A stretch of DNA of 64,000 bases from NCBI GenBank assembly GCA_963734545.1, contig CAVTHO010000010.1:96001-160000 (forward strand), given 5' to 3'. Every line of letters starts with the position of its first letter. Position 1 is the first letter of the stretch. The translations under genes were made by a program, and so were the position numbers. Below the pieces are notes generated by a model that was not told the DNA's origin, ran no database searches, and worked only from the letters and a program-made list of their open reading frames with translations. Below, in pieces: positions 53,539-63,051 of this stretch. Source of the stretch: an uncultured Spirochaetota bacterium. Lineage in GTDB: Bacteria > Spirochaetota > Spirochaetia > SZUA-6 > Fen-1364.

Positions 53539-55140
53539 ATGAACAAGATTTTCTTTGAACTTCTGATGGCCCTGCTCGCCCTTGGCCTTGTCACCGGCTG
53601 CGCCAGCTCGAGCGGCGGCCAGAAGGTCAACGACCCGCGCGGCCGTTTTTCCTTTCAGGTGGGCCCCGAGCTGACACCGTTGGCGGGCGACGAAACCTTC
53701 TATCATTACCGCCTGGAAGGGCACGGCATCGACGCCTTTGTGACAGCCCAGCCGGCTCGCATCGAAGAGGAGGGAGTCGAGCAGACACTGCGGAGGGTCG
53801 GCGTCGACCCGGCGCTCCTCGTGCTGGATGGCAGCACCTCCTTTGGCGACTGGCAGGCCAGGCGGCTGGTCGGCAGCGGAAAGGACCTCGTGGCAGCAAT
53901 AGCGTTCCAGATGCGCGGCGATGTCGTGTATTCCCTCGTGGTCACCGGTACCGCCGCGTCCCTGCCGGGGGACCCGCCCGCCGGCGTCATGCGCATTTTG
54001 GGGAGCTTCACCTTCACCGAGGCCGCGGGCCGCATTGCGGTTCCTGGCACGCGGGAGGACCTTGAGGCGCTGGTACGCCGTTCTGCCGAGGCGCGCGGCG
54101 GGAGCATATCGCTTGCCGCGATCCGTGACGGCAAGATCATCTACCGATACTCCTCCGGCACGAGTCGGGGGAACGAACAGACCTCGCCCGGCACGGCTTA
54201 CCACTGGGGCTCCATGACAAAGGTGGTAACCGCGGTGGCCGTCATGCAGCTCGTGCAGCGCGGGCTGGTCGACCTGAATGCGCCCATCAGCAGGTACCTG
54301 CCCGTGTTCCCGAAGGAGCTCGGGATCAGGGTGATCGACCTGTTGAACCACAGCTCCGGGCTCCCCGACCGGGAGACCGACCACCTGATCGCCTACGCCA
54401 ATCACCCGCTGCCGCCCCTGGAGGGGATTCTGGCGGAATACCTTGCGCGCGTGGATCGGCTCGACTTCGCGCCGGGCACGCAGTCCCAATACTGCAACTG
54501 GAACTACCTGGCCCTCGGGGTCCTGATCGAGCGCGTGACGGGCAAGCCCTACGCGTCGTACGTGGCCGAATCGATCCTTGGCCCATCCGGGATGGGAAAT
54601 ACAGCGTTCCGCCATGCAGACCTGCCGCTGGGGACCCCGCTGGCCAGCCCCATCATTTCTAGCCGGAGAGAGGCTGCCCTGCTGGCTGTCCTGAACGAAA
54701 ACCTCCCGGAGCATGACGGTGAAGGGGTGATCAGTGCGAGGTCGGGTGACTACACCTTTCTTTCCGACATCGACATCCTCGCCCCCTGGGGCGGGCTGGC
54801 CGGCACTGCTGATGATGTCGCGCGGTTTCTCTGGACGAACATCGACGGCGATGCCGCGAAAGCCCAGTGGGGCCTGTCTCGCGCAGCACTGGAGGCAATG
54901 CAGCACATGCAGAAGTCCGCGGATGGCCGCCCGCTCGGTCGCGGTATCGGGTGGGTTCTCCGGCAGGAGAAGGGGGAAGCCGTCCTGGAGCACGCAGGCG
55001 GCGGGCCCGGCATCAGTACGCTGATGCGGCTGTACCCCAAACGCGGGCTGGGAGTGGTGGTGATGGGGAATATCAACGACTACGGGGCGGCGCGCATCCT
55101 CTCCGCGGCAGCGGATATCCTCTCAGGCCAGGGGCACTAG
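53539..55140 (+). CDS. Lipoprotein serine hydrolase (class C beta-lactamase-like) with an extra N-terminal domain
   Basis: GGAGG ribosome-binding site, lipobox LVTGC, SxxK (GSMTK), LLNHSSGL, YxN (YCN), HAGG. Confidence 0.9.
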   Translation: MNKIFFELLMALLALGLVTGCASSSGGQKVNDPRGRFSFQVGPELTPLAGDETFYHYRLEGHGIDAFVTAQPARIEEEGVEQTLRRVGVDPALLVLDGSTSFGDWQARRLVGSGKDLVAAIAFQMRGDVVYSLVVTGTAASLPGDPPAGVMRILGSFTFTEAAGRIAVPGTREDLEALVRRSAEARGGSISLAAIRDGKIIYRYSSGTSRGNEQTSPGTAYHWGSMTKVVTAVAVMQLVQRGLVDLNAPISRYLPVFPKELGIRVIDLLNHSSGLPDRETDHLIAYANHPLPPLEGILAEYLARVDRLDFAPGTQSQYCNWNYLALGVLIERVTGKPYASYVAESILGPSGMGNTAFRHADLPLGTPLASPIISSRREAALLAVLNENLPEHDGEGVISARSGDYTFLSDIDILAPWGGLAGTADDVARFLWTNIDGDAAKAQWGLSRAALEAMQHMQKSADGRPLGRGIGWVLRQEKGEAVLEHAGGGPGISTLMRLYPKRGLGVVVMGNINDYGAARILSAAADILSGQGH

Positions 55141-55415
55141 GAGCCTGAGGGCGATGGTCCGTCTGATCCGGATAGACGTATCTGCCGTGGGCTCCCGGCG
55201 TTTGCTCCGCAAACGCCTGCCGCCCTACGGATATCGCGCTTCGCGCGATGTGCCCTGGGGCATGACGGCAGGCCGGACAGGTCCACGACGGACCTGGGGG
55301 AGGGGCTCCGGTCCCTCCTCCCCCGCCCCGTCCGTAAAGTACGGTGCCTTCCGTCGACATGCTCGTATTTAAAAAAGTTCTGGAAGTGTCGTGACCAAGC
55401 GATATCATTGAAGTT

Positions 55416-55835
55416 GTGGAGATCTCGCGCTCGCTGGCCATAGTGATGATGCTCGGGGCGGCCTGCCTTCTTGTCGCCTGTACGACAACAGGCACGCCAC
55501 CTCAATCACCGGCTGCCGGCAAAACCCAGGCGGCACACCCTTCCGCAGGGGCCGCCGCTCTCGCTCAGGCGCCCACCTCTTCCTCACAGGCTGCCGGCGC
55601 GCCTCAGGCGACGGCGCGCGCACGTTCGGCAAGCCGAAATGGAACCGCAAGACACTCAGGAGGCGTGGTGTCGGAGATGCTGGGAAAACTGTACGACACC
55701 GTTGCAGGACCAAGAACGGGCCCCGCGGGAGCCATCGAATATGCCGCCGTGGCTGCCATCGTAGTTGCAGTTGGAGCGGCGGCCGTTGCCGTGGGCATCA
55801 GGCGACACCGAAAACCGACACCTCGGGCATCATAG
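55416..55835 (+). CDS. Small hypothetical lipoprotein-like protein with a C-terminal TM anchor
   Basis: Hydrophobic leader with LVAC, Ala/Pro/Gln-rich linker, C-terminal hydrophobic helix followed by RRHRK. Confidence 0.5.
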   Translation: MEISRSLAIVMMLGAACLLVACTTTGTPPQSPAAGKTQAAHPSAGAAALAQAPTSSSQAAGAPQATARARSASRNGTARHSGGVVSEMLGKLYDTVAGPRTGPAGAIEYAAVAAIVVAVGAAAVAVGIRRHRKPTPRAS

Positions 55836-55884
55836 CAAGCTGTCATCTGGCGCGGCAGGCCTCGGCCGACCTCGCCGTCCCTGG

Positions 55885-56382
55885 CTACGCCTGATATGCT
55901 CCGCGGGAGTATGTCAGCTCGTAGCTGTGGCTGTACAGCTCGAACACGTTTCCGAAAGGATCCTCCACGTACACCATGCGGTAGGGCAGCTCGCCGGGGT
56001 AGTACTCCCGGATGGGCATTCTCTGGCGGCCGCCGTTTGCAACGATCTTCTTGACCGTTTCCTCGATTTCAGGGTCCTGGATGCAGAAGTGGAAGATCCC
56101 GCTCTTGCGGAACTCGAGGTTGTTCTTCGGCGTCACGGTATCCGGCCACTCGAACATCTCCACGCCGATCTTGTCCGAAGTCGACATATGTGCAATGCGG
56201 AACTTCCCGAACCCCTTGCCGAACACGTCCTTGCACATCACGCCGATGGCGCTGTCATCCTCCACGACCTCCGTCGGCTTCATGATGAGGTACCAGCCGA
56301 AGCATTTCGTGTAGAAGTCCACTGCCTTGTCGAGGTCAGGGACCGTGATTCCCACATGGGAAAATGCGCGTGCCTGTGTCAT
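55885..56382 (-). CDS. VOC / lactoylglutathione-lyase-family protein
   Basis: GAGGAGG ribosome-binding site; FSHVGITVPDLDKAVDFY, VEMFE, FHFC, YVEDPFGNVFELYSHSYE. Confidence 0.93.
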   Translation of the reverse strand: MTQARAFSHVGITVPDLDKAVDFYTKCFGWYLIMKPTEVVEDDSAIGVMCKDVFGKGFGKFRIAHMSTSDKIGVEMFEWPDTVTPKNNLEFRKSGIFHFCIQDPEIEETVKKIVANGGRQRMPIREYYPGELPYRMVYVEDPFGNVFELYSHSYELTYSRGAYQA

Positions 56383-56395
56383 GTCTCGATCCTCC

Positions 56396-57277
56396 TCATC
56401 GCCGGGCCCGCGCCATGCGCGGACGGCTGCTCCTGGCCGGCTTCCCGTTTGAAGGCTTCCCGTCGGACAACGCCGACGGGCCTCCCGTCTGCCGGTACCC
56501 CATTCTCTGTGATATTTCCTCGGCCGCCCGCAGGACGATGGACTGGTAGCGGGGGATCTCCTTGTCCGGCAGCCTGACGGTCGGGACTGAAACGCTGATG
56601 GCGGCGCACACGCCCCCATGAGTGTCTCTCACCGGCGCCGCGACGCAACGCACGCCGATCTCGTGCTCTTCATTGTCGATGGCAAATCCGTTTTCCCGGA
56701 TGGAGGCGAGCTCCCGGTCCAGGTCGGGCCGCCGCGTGAGGGTACGCGCGGTGAACTTGATGACCCTTTCCCGCTTCAAAATGTCATTGACGCGATCCGC
56801 GGGAAGGTAGGCAAGCAGCGTCTTGCCGAGGCCCGTGCAGTAGGTCGGCGCGCTCTGGCCCACGCGCGACATCATGGAAACCCGGAGCCCCCGGGCGGAT
56901 TCGATCTTTCCCAGGTAGACGAGGCTGTAGTCATCCATGGTGGCCAGGTGGACCGTCTCCCCGGTGACATGGGCGATTTCCTTGAGGATCGGCTGCGCTT
57001 CGCGCCAGAGCTCGAGCCGGTCCAGAACGGACATGCCGATCTCGAAGAGCTTGAGGGTGAGGCTGTACTTTTCGGTCTCGGGGTCCTGGCGGACGAAGCC
57101 CAGCTCCTTCAGCGACGTGAGGAAGCGGTAGACGGTGCTCTTGTTCATGCGGAGGCTGTTCGCCGTGGCCGAAACCCGGTGGGCGAGCTCCGTGATGCCG
57201 AAGCTCGGCTCGTGGGAAAGGCATTCGAGAATCTTCATGGTCTTGACGACTGCCTTGGCAGGGGCGGCTTCGCTCAC
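56396..57277 (-). CDS. IclR-family regulator (KdgR-like)
   Basis: KSTVYRFLTSLKELGFVRQDPETEKYSLTLKLFE, ETVHLA, CTGLGK, DNEEHEIGVRCVAAPV. Confidence 0.94.
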   Translation of the reverse strand: MSEAAPAKAVVKTMKILECLSHEPSFGITELAHRVSATANSLRMNKSTVYRFLTSLKELGFVRQDPETEKYSLTLKLFEIGMSVLDRLELWREAQPILKEIAHVTGETVHLATMDDYSLVYLGKIESARGLRVSMMSRVGQSAPTYCTGLGKTLLAYLPADRVNDILKRERVIKFTARTLTRRPDLDRELASIRENGFAIDNEEHEIGVRCVAAPVRDTHGGVCAAISVSVPTVRLPDKEIPRYQSIVLRAAEEISQRMGYRQTGGPSALSDGKPSNGKPARSSRPRMARARR

Positions 57278-57318
57278 ACGAGGATACTACACAACAACGG
57301 CGCCGGTGTCCAGCATAT

Positions 57319-57368
57319 TTATAAAACGACGTTTTAATATTGACAGCCCCGGGAGCTGGCGCTATCGT
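57319..57368 (+). promoter_or_regulatory. KdgR-like box plus sigma70 promoter of the lactonase gene
   Basis: ATAAAACGACGTTTTAAT (57321-57338) next to TTGACA (57340-57345), 17 bp, TATCGT. Confidence 0.75.
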
Positions 57369-57416
57369 GGCCCGGGGCGCGGAGGGGCGAGCCCGCAACG
57401 CCCGGGGGAGGTGACC

Positions 57417-58286
57417 ATGGACAGGGTGGAAGTGGCTCTGGAAGCCGGGTGCATCCACGCGGAAGGGCCGGTCTGGGACGACCGGGCAGGGCGCCTGTAC
57501 TGGACGGACATCGAGTCCCGCACGCTGTGGAGGCTCGATCCCGTGTCGGGACGGCCGGAGACCTGGGCGATGCCGGAGAAGGTCTGCTCCATCGCCTTCC
57601 GCCGGACCGCCGGCCTGCTCATTGCCTTCGAGACGGGGATCTCCTTCTATGACCTCGATTCCCGCACCGAGAAGCGGATCGTGGACGTGGAGCCCGACAT
57701 TCCGGTCACGAGGCTGAACGACGGCAGGTGCGACCGGCAGGGGCGCTTCATTGTGGGAGGCTTCGACCCGAGCGAAAAAGGCCTCTCGGGGGCCTACCGG
57801 CTGGACGCGGACCTCAGCATTCACCGCCTGTTCGGGGGACTGAGCAGCGCCAACAGCACCTGCTTCAGCCTGGACGGGAAGACGATGTACTACGCGGACT
57901 CGCCCCAGGCGGCGATCTGGGCGTTCGACTACGACATCGACGCGGGGGTACCCTCCCACCGGCGGGTTTTTTGCGATTTCAAGGACCAGCCGGGGATTCC
58001 GGATGGCTCGGCCATCGACGCGGAGGGGTGCCTGTGGAACGCGCAGTGGAACGGTGCCCGCGTGGTGCGCTACCGCCCGGACGGCTCGGTGGAGCGCGTC
58101 ATCGAGGTGCCCTGCAGGAATCCGACCTGCGTGGCCTTCGGCGGCCGGGACCTCGACACGCTGTACATCACCACTTCCCGTCTCACCCTCAGCCCGGAGG
58201 AAGTACGGAAACAGCCCCTTGCCGGGGCCCTCCTGGCGGTCCGCCCGGGAGTGACGGGTCTGCCGGAGGACAGGTTCATAAAATAA
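57417..58286 (+). CDS. SMP-30/gluconolactonase family sugar lactonase
   Basis: EGPVWD, LYWTDI, RLNDGRCD, ANSTCFSLDG, YYADS, PDGSAIDAEG, PTCVAFGG; GGAGG ribosome-binding site. Confidence 0.95.
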   Translation: MDRVEVALEAGCIHAEGPVWDDRAGRLYWTDIESRTLWRLDPVSGRPETWAMPEKVCSIAFRRTAGLLIAFETGISFYDLDSRTEKRIVDVEPDIPVTRLNDGRCDRQGRFIVGGFDPSEKGLSGAYRLDADLSIHRLFGGLSSANSTCFSLDGKTMYYADSPQAAIWAFDYDIDAGVPSHRRVFCDFKDQPGIPDGSAIDAEGCLWNAQWNGARVVRYRPDGSVERVIEVPCRNPTCVAFGGRDLDTLYITTSRLTLSPEEVRKQPLAGALLAVRPGVTGLPEDRFIK

Positions 58287-58332
58287 AACAACGTTCTAAT
58301 CTATTGACAGCGGGCCGCTCCGGCTCTATACT
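58281..58332 (+). promoter_or_regulatory. Second KdgR-like box plus near-consensus sigma70 promoter
   Basis: AAATAAAACAACGTTCTAAT (58281-58300), TTGACA (58304-58309), 17 bp, TATACT (58327-58332). Confidence 0.78.
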
Positions 58333-58341
58333 CGTTCGGGA

Positions 58342-59148
58342 ATGAAACAGTATTTCAGTAATTCCGCTCCGGGCTCACCCGCCTCCCTGGCGGACATGGT
58401 AGCCGCCTTTCGCGAATCCCTGGGCAGACGCGTGGTCCTGGGTCCCTTCTCGAAGTCCAGCGACCCTGCCTTTGTCGAGGTCATGGGCTACGCCGGATTC
58501 GACTTTGTCGTGCTCGATCTCGAGCATGGCCCCAACAACGTGCTCTCCCTCCAGAACCTGATCCGCGCCGCCCAGGTGTCGGGCCTGCTGCCGATCGTGC
58601 GAGTCAAGGACGACGTTCCCTCCCTCATCGGCGAAGTGCTGGACGTGGGGGCGGGCGGGATCCAGGTGCCCAAGATCAGCTCTGCGAAGGACGTGGAGGA
58701 GATCCTGCGGCTGGGCCGCTTCTCCCCGCAGGGCATGCGGGGGGTATGCCGTTTCGTGCGCGCGGCACGCTACTCGGCAACGGAGCGCCACCAGTACTTC
58801 GCCCAGTCGAACGACACGATACTCGTCCTCCAACTGGAAGGCACGGAGGCCATCGAGAACCTGGACGAGATCCTCGCCGTGCGCGGCGTGGATGTCATTT
58901 TCGTCGGTCCGTACGACCTCTCGCAGTCCCTGGGGACGCCCGGGGACGTGGACAACCCCCGGGTGGTGGAGGCGATGCGCGGAATCGTCGAGCGCTGCCT
59001 GAAGCGCAGCGTCACGGTCGGCACGTTCGTGGACACCCTGGAGAACGCCAGGAAGTGGCGGGACGCCGGGGTCCGCTACCTGTGCTACTCGGTGGACGTG
59101 GGGCTGTTCCTGGACAAGTGCACCGAGGTTGTCAGGAGTCTGTTGTGA
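58342..59148 (+). CDS. HpcH/HpaI-family 2-keto-3-deoxy sugar-acid aldolase
   Basis: GFDFVVLDLEHG, IVRV, LDVGAGG, PQGMRG, LQLEG, IFVGPYDLSQSLG. Confidence 0.93.
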   Translation: MKQYFSNSAPGSPASLADMVAAFRESLGRRVVLGPFSKSSDPAFVEVMGYAGFDFVVLDLEHGPNNVLSLQNLIRAAQVSGLLPIVRVKDDVPSLIGEVLDVGAGGIQVPKISSAKDVEEILRLGRFSPQGMRGVCRFVRAARYSATERHQYFAQSNDTILVLQLEGTEAIENLDEILAVRGVDVIFVGPYDLSQSLGTPGDVDNPRVVEAMRGIVERCLKRSVTVGTFVDTLENARKWRDAGVRYLCYSVDVGLFLDKCTEVVRSLL

Positions 59149-59197
59149 GAAGAAGCCAGGTTCTGGCAGAAGAAGAGATCTTCACAGGAGGTAGTCT

Positions 59198-60280
59198 ATG
59201 AAGAGAACGACACAGGTCCTTGCGGTCTTGATTCTCCTTGGCGCAGTGGCGGCGGGCGCGTTCGCCAGCGGAGGGGGGGAAGCCGCGCAGAAGGGCCAGT
59301 TCGCGTACAAGCAGGCCATCAGCTACGCCGCACCCGTCGCCATCAAGGCGCAGTCCAATTTCAGCACGCTGAAGTACGTGAAGGGAAAGGCGCCGGTCAT
59401 CGCCTACATGCCCCCGGCCACCGAGTTCAACTACTATATCGCCATCGGAGAGGGGATCAAGGCCATCGCCAAGGACATGGGAGCCTCGACATTCATGCTG
59501 GCGCCGCAGAGCGGTGCGGACATCAACGGCCAGATGGGGATGCTCCAGGACGTCATGACGAGGGGAGTCGATGCGATCATCCTCTCCACCCATGACGAGC
59601 ACGCGGCCGCGCCGCTCGTGAAGCAGGCGGTCGAAAAGGGCATCGAGATCGTCATCGTCAACTCGGACATCCTCGACTTCCCCACTCCGGTGCACGGCGT
59701 GGTGGGATACAGCCAGCGGCACGGCACCCAGAAGGAAGGCGAGTACGCGAAGACGCTTATGGGGAGCAAGCAGGTGATCGTCGGCATCATCGAGGGCCAG
59801 CCGGGATACCACTCCACGGAGCGCTGCGGCGGCTTCATCGACGTCATCTCCAAGCTCGCGAACTTCAAGATCGTGGCGAGCCTCCCCGGGGACTGGAACG
59901 TCGAAGGAGGCAACCGGGCCGGCATGGACATGCTGCAGGCGCATCCCGACATCCAGCTCATCTTCGCCGCCAACGACTACGAGATCATGGGGGTGCAGAA
60001 AGCGGCGAGCGCACTGGGACGGAACGACCTGGTTCTCCTCGGCAACGACGGCGACACGGCATGCCTGGAGGAGATCAACGTGGGCAATGTCACGGCCACG
60101 GTGAACACGACTCCCTTCGTGATGGGGCAGATCGCCCTGCAGGTGGCGCTGGACGGGCTGCACGGCAACTTCAAGGGCGGGTTCGTGGAGACGCCGACCG
60201 TCATCACGGACAAGGCCAACGTCCTGGGCTTCCTCCAGAAGCCCGAGAACCTCTTCCCGAAGCCGTCGAAGCCGTACTAG
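59198..60280 (+). CDS. Monosaccharide ABC solute-binding protein (RbsB-like)
   Basis: Signal peptide ending AFASGGGE; GVDAII, IEGQPG, ERCGGF, GDWN, IFAAND, GNDG. Confidence 0.93.
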   Translation: MKRTTQVLAVLILLGAVAAGAFASGGGEAAQKGQFAYKQAISYAAPVAIKAQSNFSTLKYVKGKAPVIAYMPPATEFNYYIAIGEGIKAIAKDMGASTFMLAPQSGADINGQMGMLQDVMTRGVDAIILSTHDEHAAAPLVKQAVEKGIEIVIVNSDILDFPTPVHGVVGYSQRHGTQKEGEYAKTLMGSKQVIVGIIEGQPGYHSTERCGGFIDVISKLANFKIVASLPGDWNVEGGNRAGMDMLQAHPDIQLIFAANDYEIMGVQKAASALGRNDLVLLGNDGDTACLEEINVGNVTATVNTTPFVMGQIALQVALDGLHGNFKGGFVETPTVITDKANVLGFLQKPENLFPKPSKPY

Positions 60281-60481
60281 GTCCTGCGGGTAATGGCTCA
60301 ACTGGAGCAAGCGGCTTTCGGATGTTGCTGCCGCGCCTCGCGCGGTGCGGACGAGAGATGAATGGGCGCGGCGCGCGCGTGGGTCCCCCGGGACTCATGC
60401 GCCGCCGGGCCGGCTGAACAGCCGATTCTCTTGAGAAAAGAACCGAAATGCATATAGCAAACTCGGCGGCAGGGGCATACT

Positions 60482-62011
60482 ATGGCAGGTGAGATGCAGC
60501 CCCTCTGGGAGCTGGAGTCGATCCACAAGTACTTCCCCGGCGTGAAGGCGCTTGACGGCGTCGATATCAGGATATTTCCCGGGGAGGTGCACGGTCTGCT
60601 CGGGGAGAACGGCAGCGGCAAATCGACTCTCGTGAAGTGCCTCTCCGGCGTGCACCAGCCCACCGCGGGACGCATCCTTCTGAGGGGCGCACCCACCGTC
60701 ATCCACGACCCGTTCGTCGCCCGGTCCCTCGGAATCGCCACGATCTACCAGGAACTCTCGCTCGTTCCCAACCTCACGGTCGCCGAGAACATCTTTCTCG
60801 GACGGCTGCCTCGGCGGCGCGGCTTCGCCGTCGTCGTGGACTGGCCCCGTGTGTGGGACCGCAGCGCAGCCCTGCTCGAACGCCTGGGGATACGGCTCGA
60901 CCCCGGAGCCGTGGTCTCCGAGCTGTCCGTCTCGGAACAGCAGACCGTGGAGATCGCGAAGGCGCTGTCCCAGGACGCGAGCCTGCTCATCATGGACGAG
61001 CCGACAGCCTCCCTGGGAATGGACGAGGTGGCGCGCCTGCACGAAATCGTCCGCAACCTCGCGCGGCAGGGCTGCGCCGTGATCTACATTTCCCACCGGC
61101 TGGACGAGGTGACCGGGCTCGTGGACTCGGTCACCGTCATGAAGGACGGCAAGGTCGTTGCCGGCGAGCGCATCGGGAACATCGACATGACCCGGATCGT
61201 CAGCCTCATGATCGGCGGAGACTTCCGCTCGCACTACCCGAAGGAGCGAAACCAGACCGACCAGGCGCTCCTGGAGGTGGAGGACATCCGCACGGCGCAC
61301 GGCGTGCGCGGAGCGAGCTTCACTGTCCACCGCGGCGAGGTTGTCGGGCTCGCCGGGCTCATCGGGACGGGACGGACGTCCATCGCCCACGCGCTGTTCG
61401 GCATCGAGCGCCTCACCGGCGGGCGTGTCACGCACTACGGCGGGGCCGGCGCGGGGCGCGACTCCCGCTTCCCGTCCCCCGGCCGCGCAATCGCGGACGG
61501 CGTGGCGCTTCTCACCGAGGACCGCAAGTCGACGGGCCTGTTCATGAACTTCACCGGCGTGCACAACATCTCCATTGCGCGGCTCTCGCAGATCTCCCGG
61601 CGCGGCATCCTGGACCTCGGCAGGGAGCAGAGCCTCGTGCAGGGACACTTCGAGAAGCTGCGCATCAGCCCCTCGGCGCGCGACCGCTCGGTCCAGTATC
61701 TCTCCGGCGGCAACCAGCAGAAGGTCATCATCGCCCGATGGATCTTCTCGGAAGCGGACGTGTTCATCCTGGACGAGCCCACGCAGGGGATCGACGTCGG
61801 GGCCAAGGTGGAGGTCTACAACCTCGTCAACCGCCTCACGCGGGAGGGCAAGGGCGTCATTCTCATCAGCTCGGACCTGGAGGAGCTTCTCGCCATCAGC
61901 GACACGATCTGCGTCGTGGCCGACGGCCGCATCGTGGAATCGCGCCGGGCGGAGGAGATAGACCGGAAGTACCTGATGGAGAAAGTGTTCACGCGCCAAA
62001 AAGACAGTTAG
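60482..62011 (+). CDS. Monosaccharide ABC ATP-binding protein (RbsA-like, tandem NBD)
   Basis: GENGSGKST, MDEPT, YISHRL, LSGGNQQKV, DEPTQGIDVGAK. Confidence 0.96.
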   Translation: MAGEMQPLWELESIHKYFPGVKALDGVDIRIFPGEVHGLLGENGSGKSTLVKCLSGVHQPTAGRILLRGAPTVIHDPFVARSLGIATIYQELSLVPNLTVAENIFLGRLPRRRGFAVVVDWPRVWDRSAALLERLGIRLDPGAVVSELSVSEQQTVEIAKALSQDASLLIMDEPTASLGMDEVARLHEIVRNLARQGCAVIYISHRLDEVTGLVDSVTVMKDGKVVAGERIGNIDMTRIVSLMIGGDFRSHYPKERNQTDQALLEVEDIRTAHGVRGASFTVHRGEVVGLAGLIGTGRTSIAHALFGIERLTGGRVTHYGGAGAGRDSRFPSPGRAIADGVALLTEDRKSTGLFMNFTGVHNISIARLSQISRRGILDLGREQSLVQGHFEKLRISPSARDRSVQYLSGGNQQKVIIARWIFSEADVFILDEPTQGIDVGAKVEVYNLVNRLTREGKGVILISSDLEELLAISDTICVVADGRIVESRRAEEIDRKYLMEKVFTRQKDS

Positions 62012-62040
62012 GCCGGGCAGGCAGGAGAGAAAGGAATTCC

Positions 62041-63051
62041 ATGGCAAGAAGGGTGACCAGTTCGTCGATCGTCGGCCCCGTCATCGCGACGGCGGTCGTC
62101 ACGCTGTTCGTGGGCCTGACGACCGACCGGTTCTTCATGGTGGAGAACCTGCGCAATCTCGCGCTCCAGGTGAGCATCGTGTCCCTCCTGGGGATCGGCT
62201 CGACGCTCGTGATCATCACCGGAGGCATCGATCTGTCTCCCGGGTCCTCGGTCGCCCTGCTGACGATGATGCTGGCGTCCATGCTCAAGTTCATGGGCGC
62301 GCCTCTCGTCGTCGCCATGGGCATGACGGTGGTGATCGGCGCCGGCCTCGGGCTCTGGAATGGCGTTCTCACCGCGTACCTGCGGATCCCGGCGTTCATC
62401 ACGACGTTGGCCTCCCTGAGCATCTTCCGGGGCTTCGCTTTCATGTTCAACATGGGATCGCCGATCTTCTCGATCTCCAACTCCCTCACGAAGGTCTTCT
62501 ACAACACGATCCTGGGAATCCCGTACGTGTTCATCTACGTGGTCATCTTCTTCGCGCTCGCCGCGTTTGTCATGAGCTACACGGAGATGGGCCGCCGCAT
62601 GTACGCCGTGGGCGGCAACGCCAACGCCGCCCGGTTTTCCGGCCTGAACACGAAGGGCGTCGTGATGCTGAGCTTCGTCGTGGCCGGCGTCATGGCCGGA
62701 TTCGGCTCGATCCTCATGGCAGGGCGCCTCAACTCCGGGTCGCCGAACTACGGGGTGGGCATGGAGCTGTCCGCGATCGCCGCCGCGGTCATTGGCGGGG
62801 CGAGCCTGCAGGGGGGCAAGGGCAACGTCATCTCGACGCTTTTCGGCGCGCTCACGATCGTCATCGTTCAGAACGGCCTCAACCTGCACGCCGTGGAAAC
62901 ATCCGTGCAGGGGGTCGTCATCGGTCTCATCATCATGCTGGCGGTTTTCATCGACATGTGGCGCGTGGAGATGTGGTCCGCCCTCTCGCGCCTGGCGCGC
63001 CTCGTGGTGAGGCGGGGGGCCGCGGAGGAAGACCACCGGAGGGGCGCGTGA
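62041..63051 (+). CDS. Monosaccharide ABC permease (RbsC-like)
   Basis: GGIDLS, IPAFITTL, YAVGGN, ELSAIAAAVIGGASLQGGKG; ATG 62041 after AAGGA. Confidence 0.95.
   Translation: MARRVTSSSIVGPVIATAVVTLFVGLTTDRFFMVENLRNLALQVSIVSLLGIGSTLVIITGGIDLSPGSSVALLTMMLASMLKFMGAPLVVAMGMTVVIGAGLGLWNGVLTAYLRIPAFITTLASLSIFRGFAFMFNMGSPIFSISNSLTKVFYNTILGIPYVFIYVVIFFALAAFVMSYTEMGRRMYAVGGNANAARFSGLNTKGVVMLSFVVAGVMAGFGSILMAGRLNSGSPNYGVGMELSAIAAAVIGGASLQGGKGNVISTLFGALTIVIVQNGLNLHAVETSVQGVVIGLIIMLAVFIDMWRVEMWSALSRLARLVVRRGAAEEDHRRGA

Noticed and set aside
52840-54993. 717-aa minus-strand ORF
   Set aside because: Antisense shadow of the LuxR and serine-hydrolase genes.
53539-55140. True beta-lactamase
   Set aside because: SxxK/YxN are shared by many esterases and peptidases; the third motif is HAG rather than KTG.
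55141-55415. Structured ncRNA or riboswitch in the intergenic gap (imperfect hairpin near 55288-55335)
   Set aside because: No recognisable family motif; hairpins are expected by chance at this GC content; would need an Infernal/Rfam search.
60281-60481. ncRNA between the SBP and ATPase genes
   Set aside because: Only short GC hairpins, typical of post-SBP stabilisers; no supportable call.
60637-62040. Long N-terminal extension of the permease ORF (804 aa)
   Set aside because: Alternative frame over the ATPase gene; the real start is ATG 62041.
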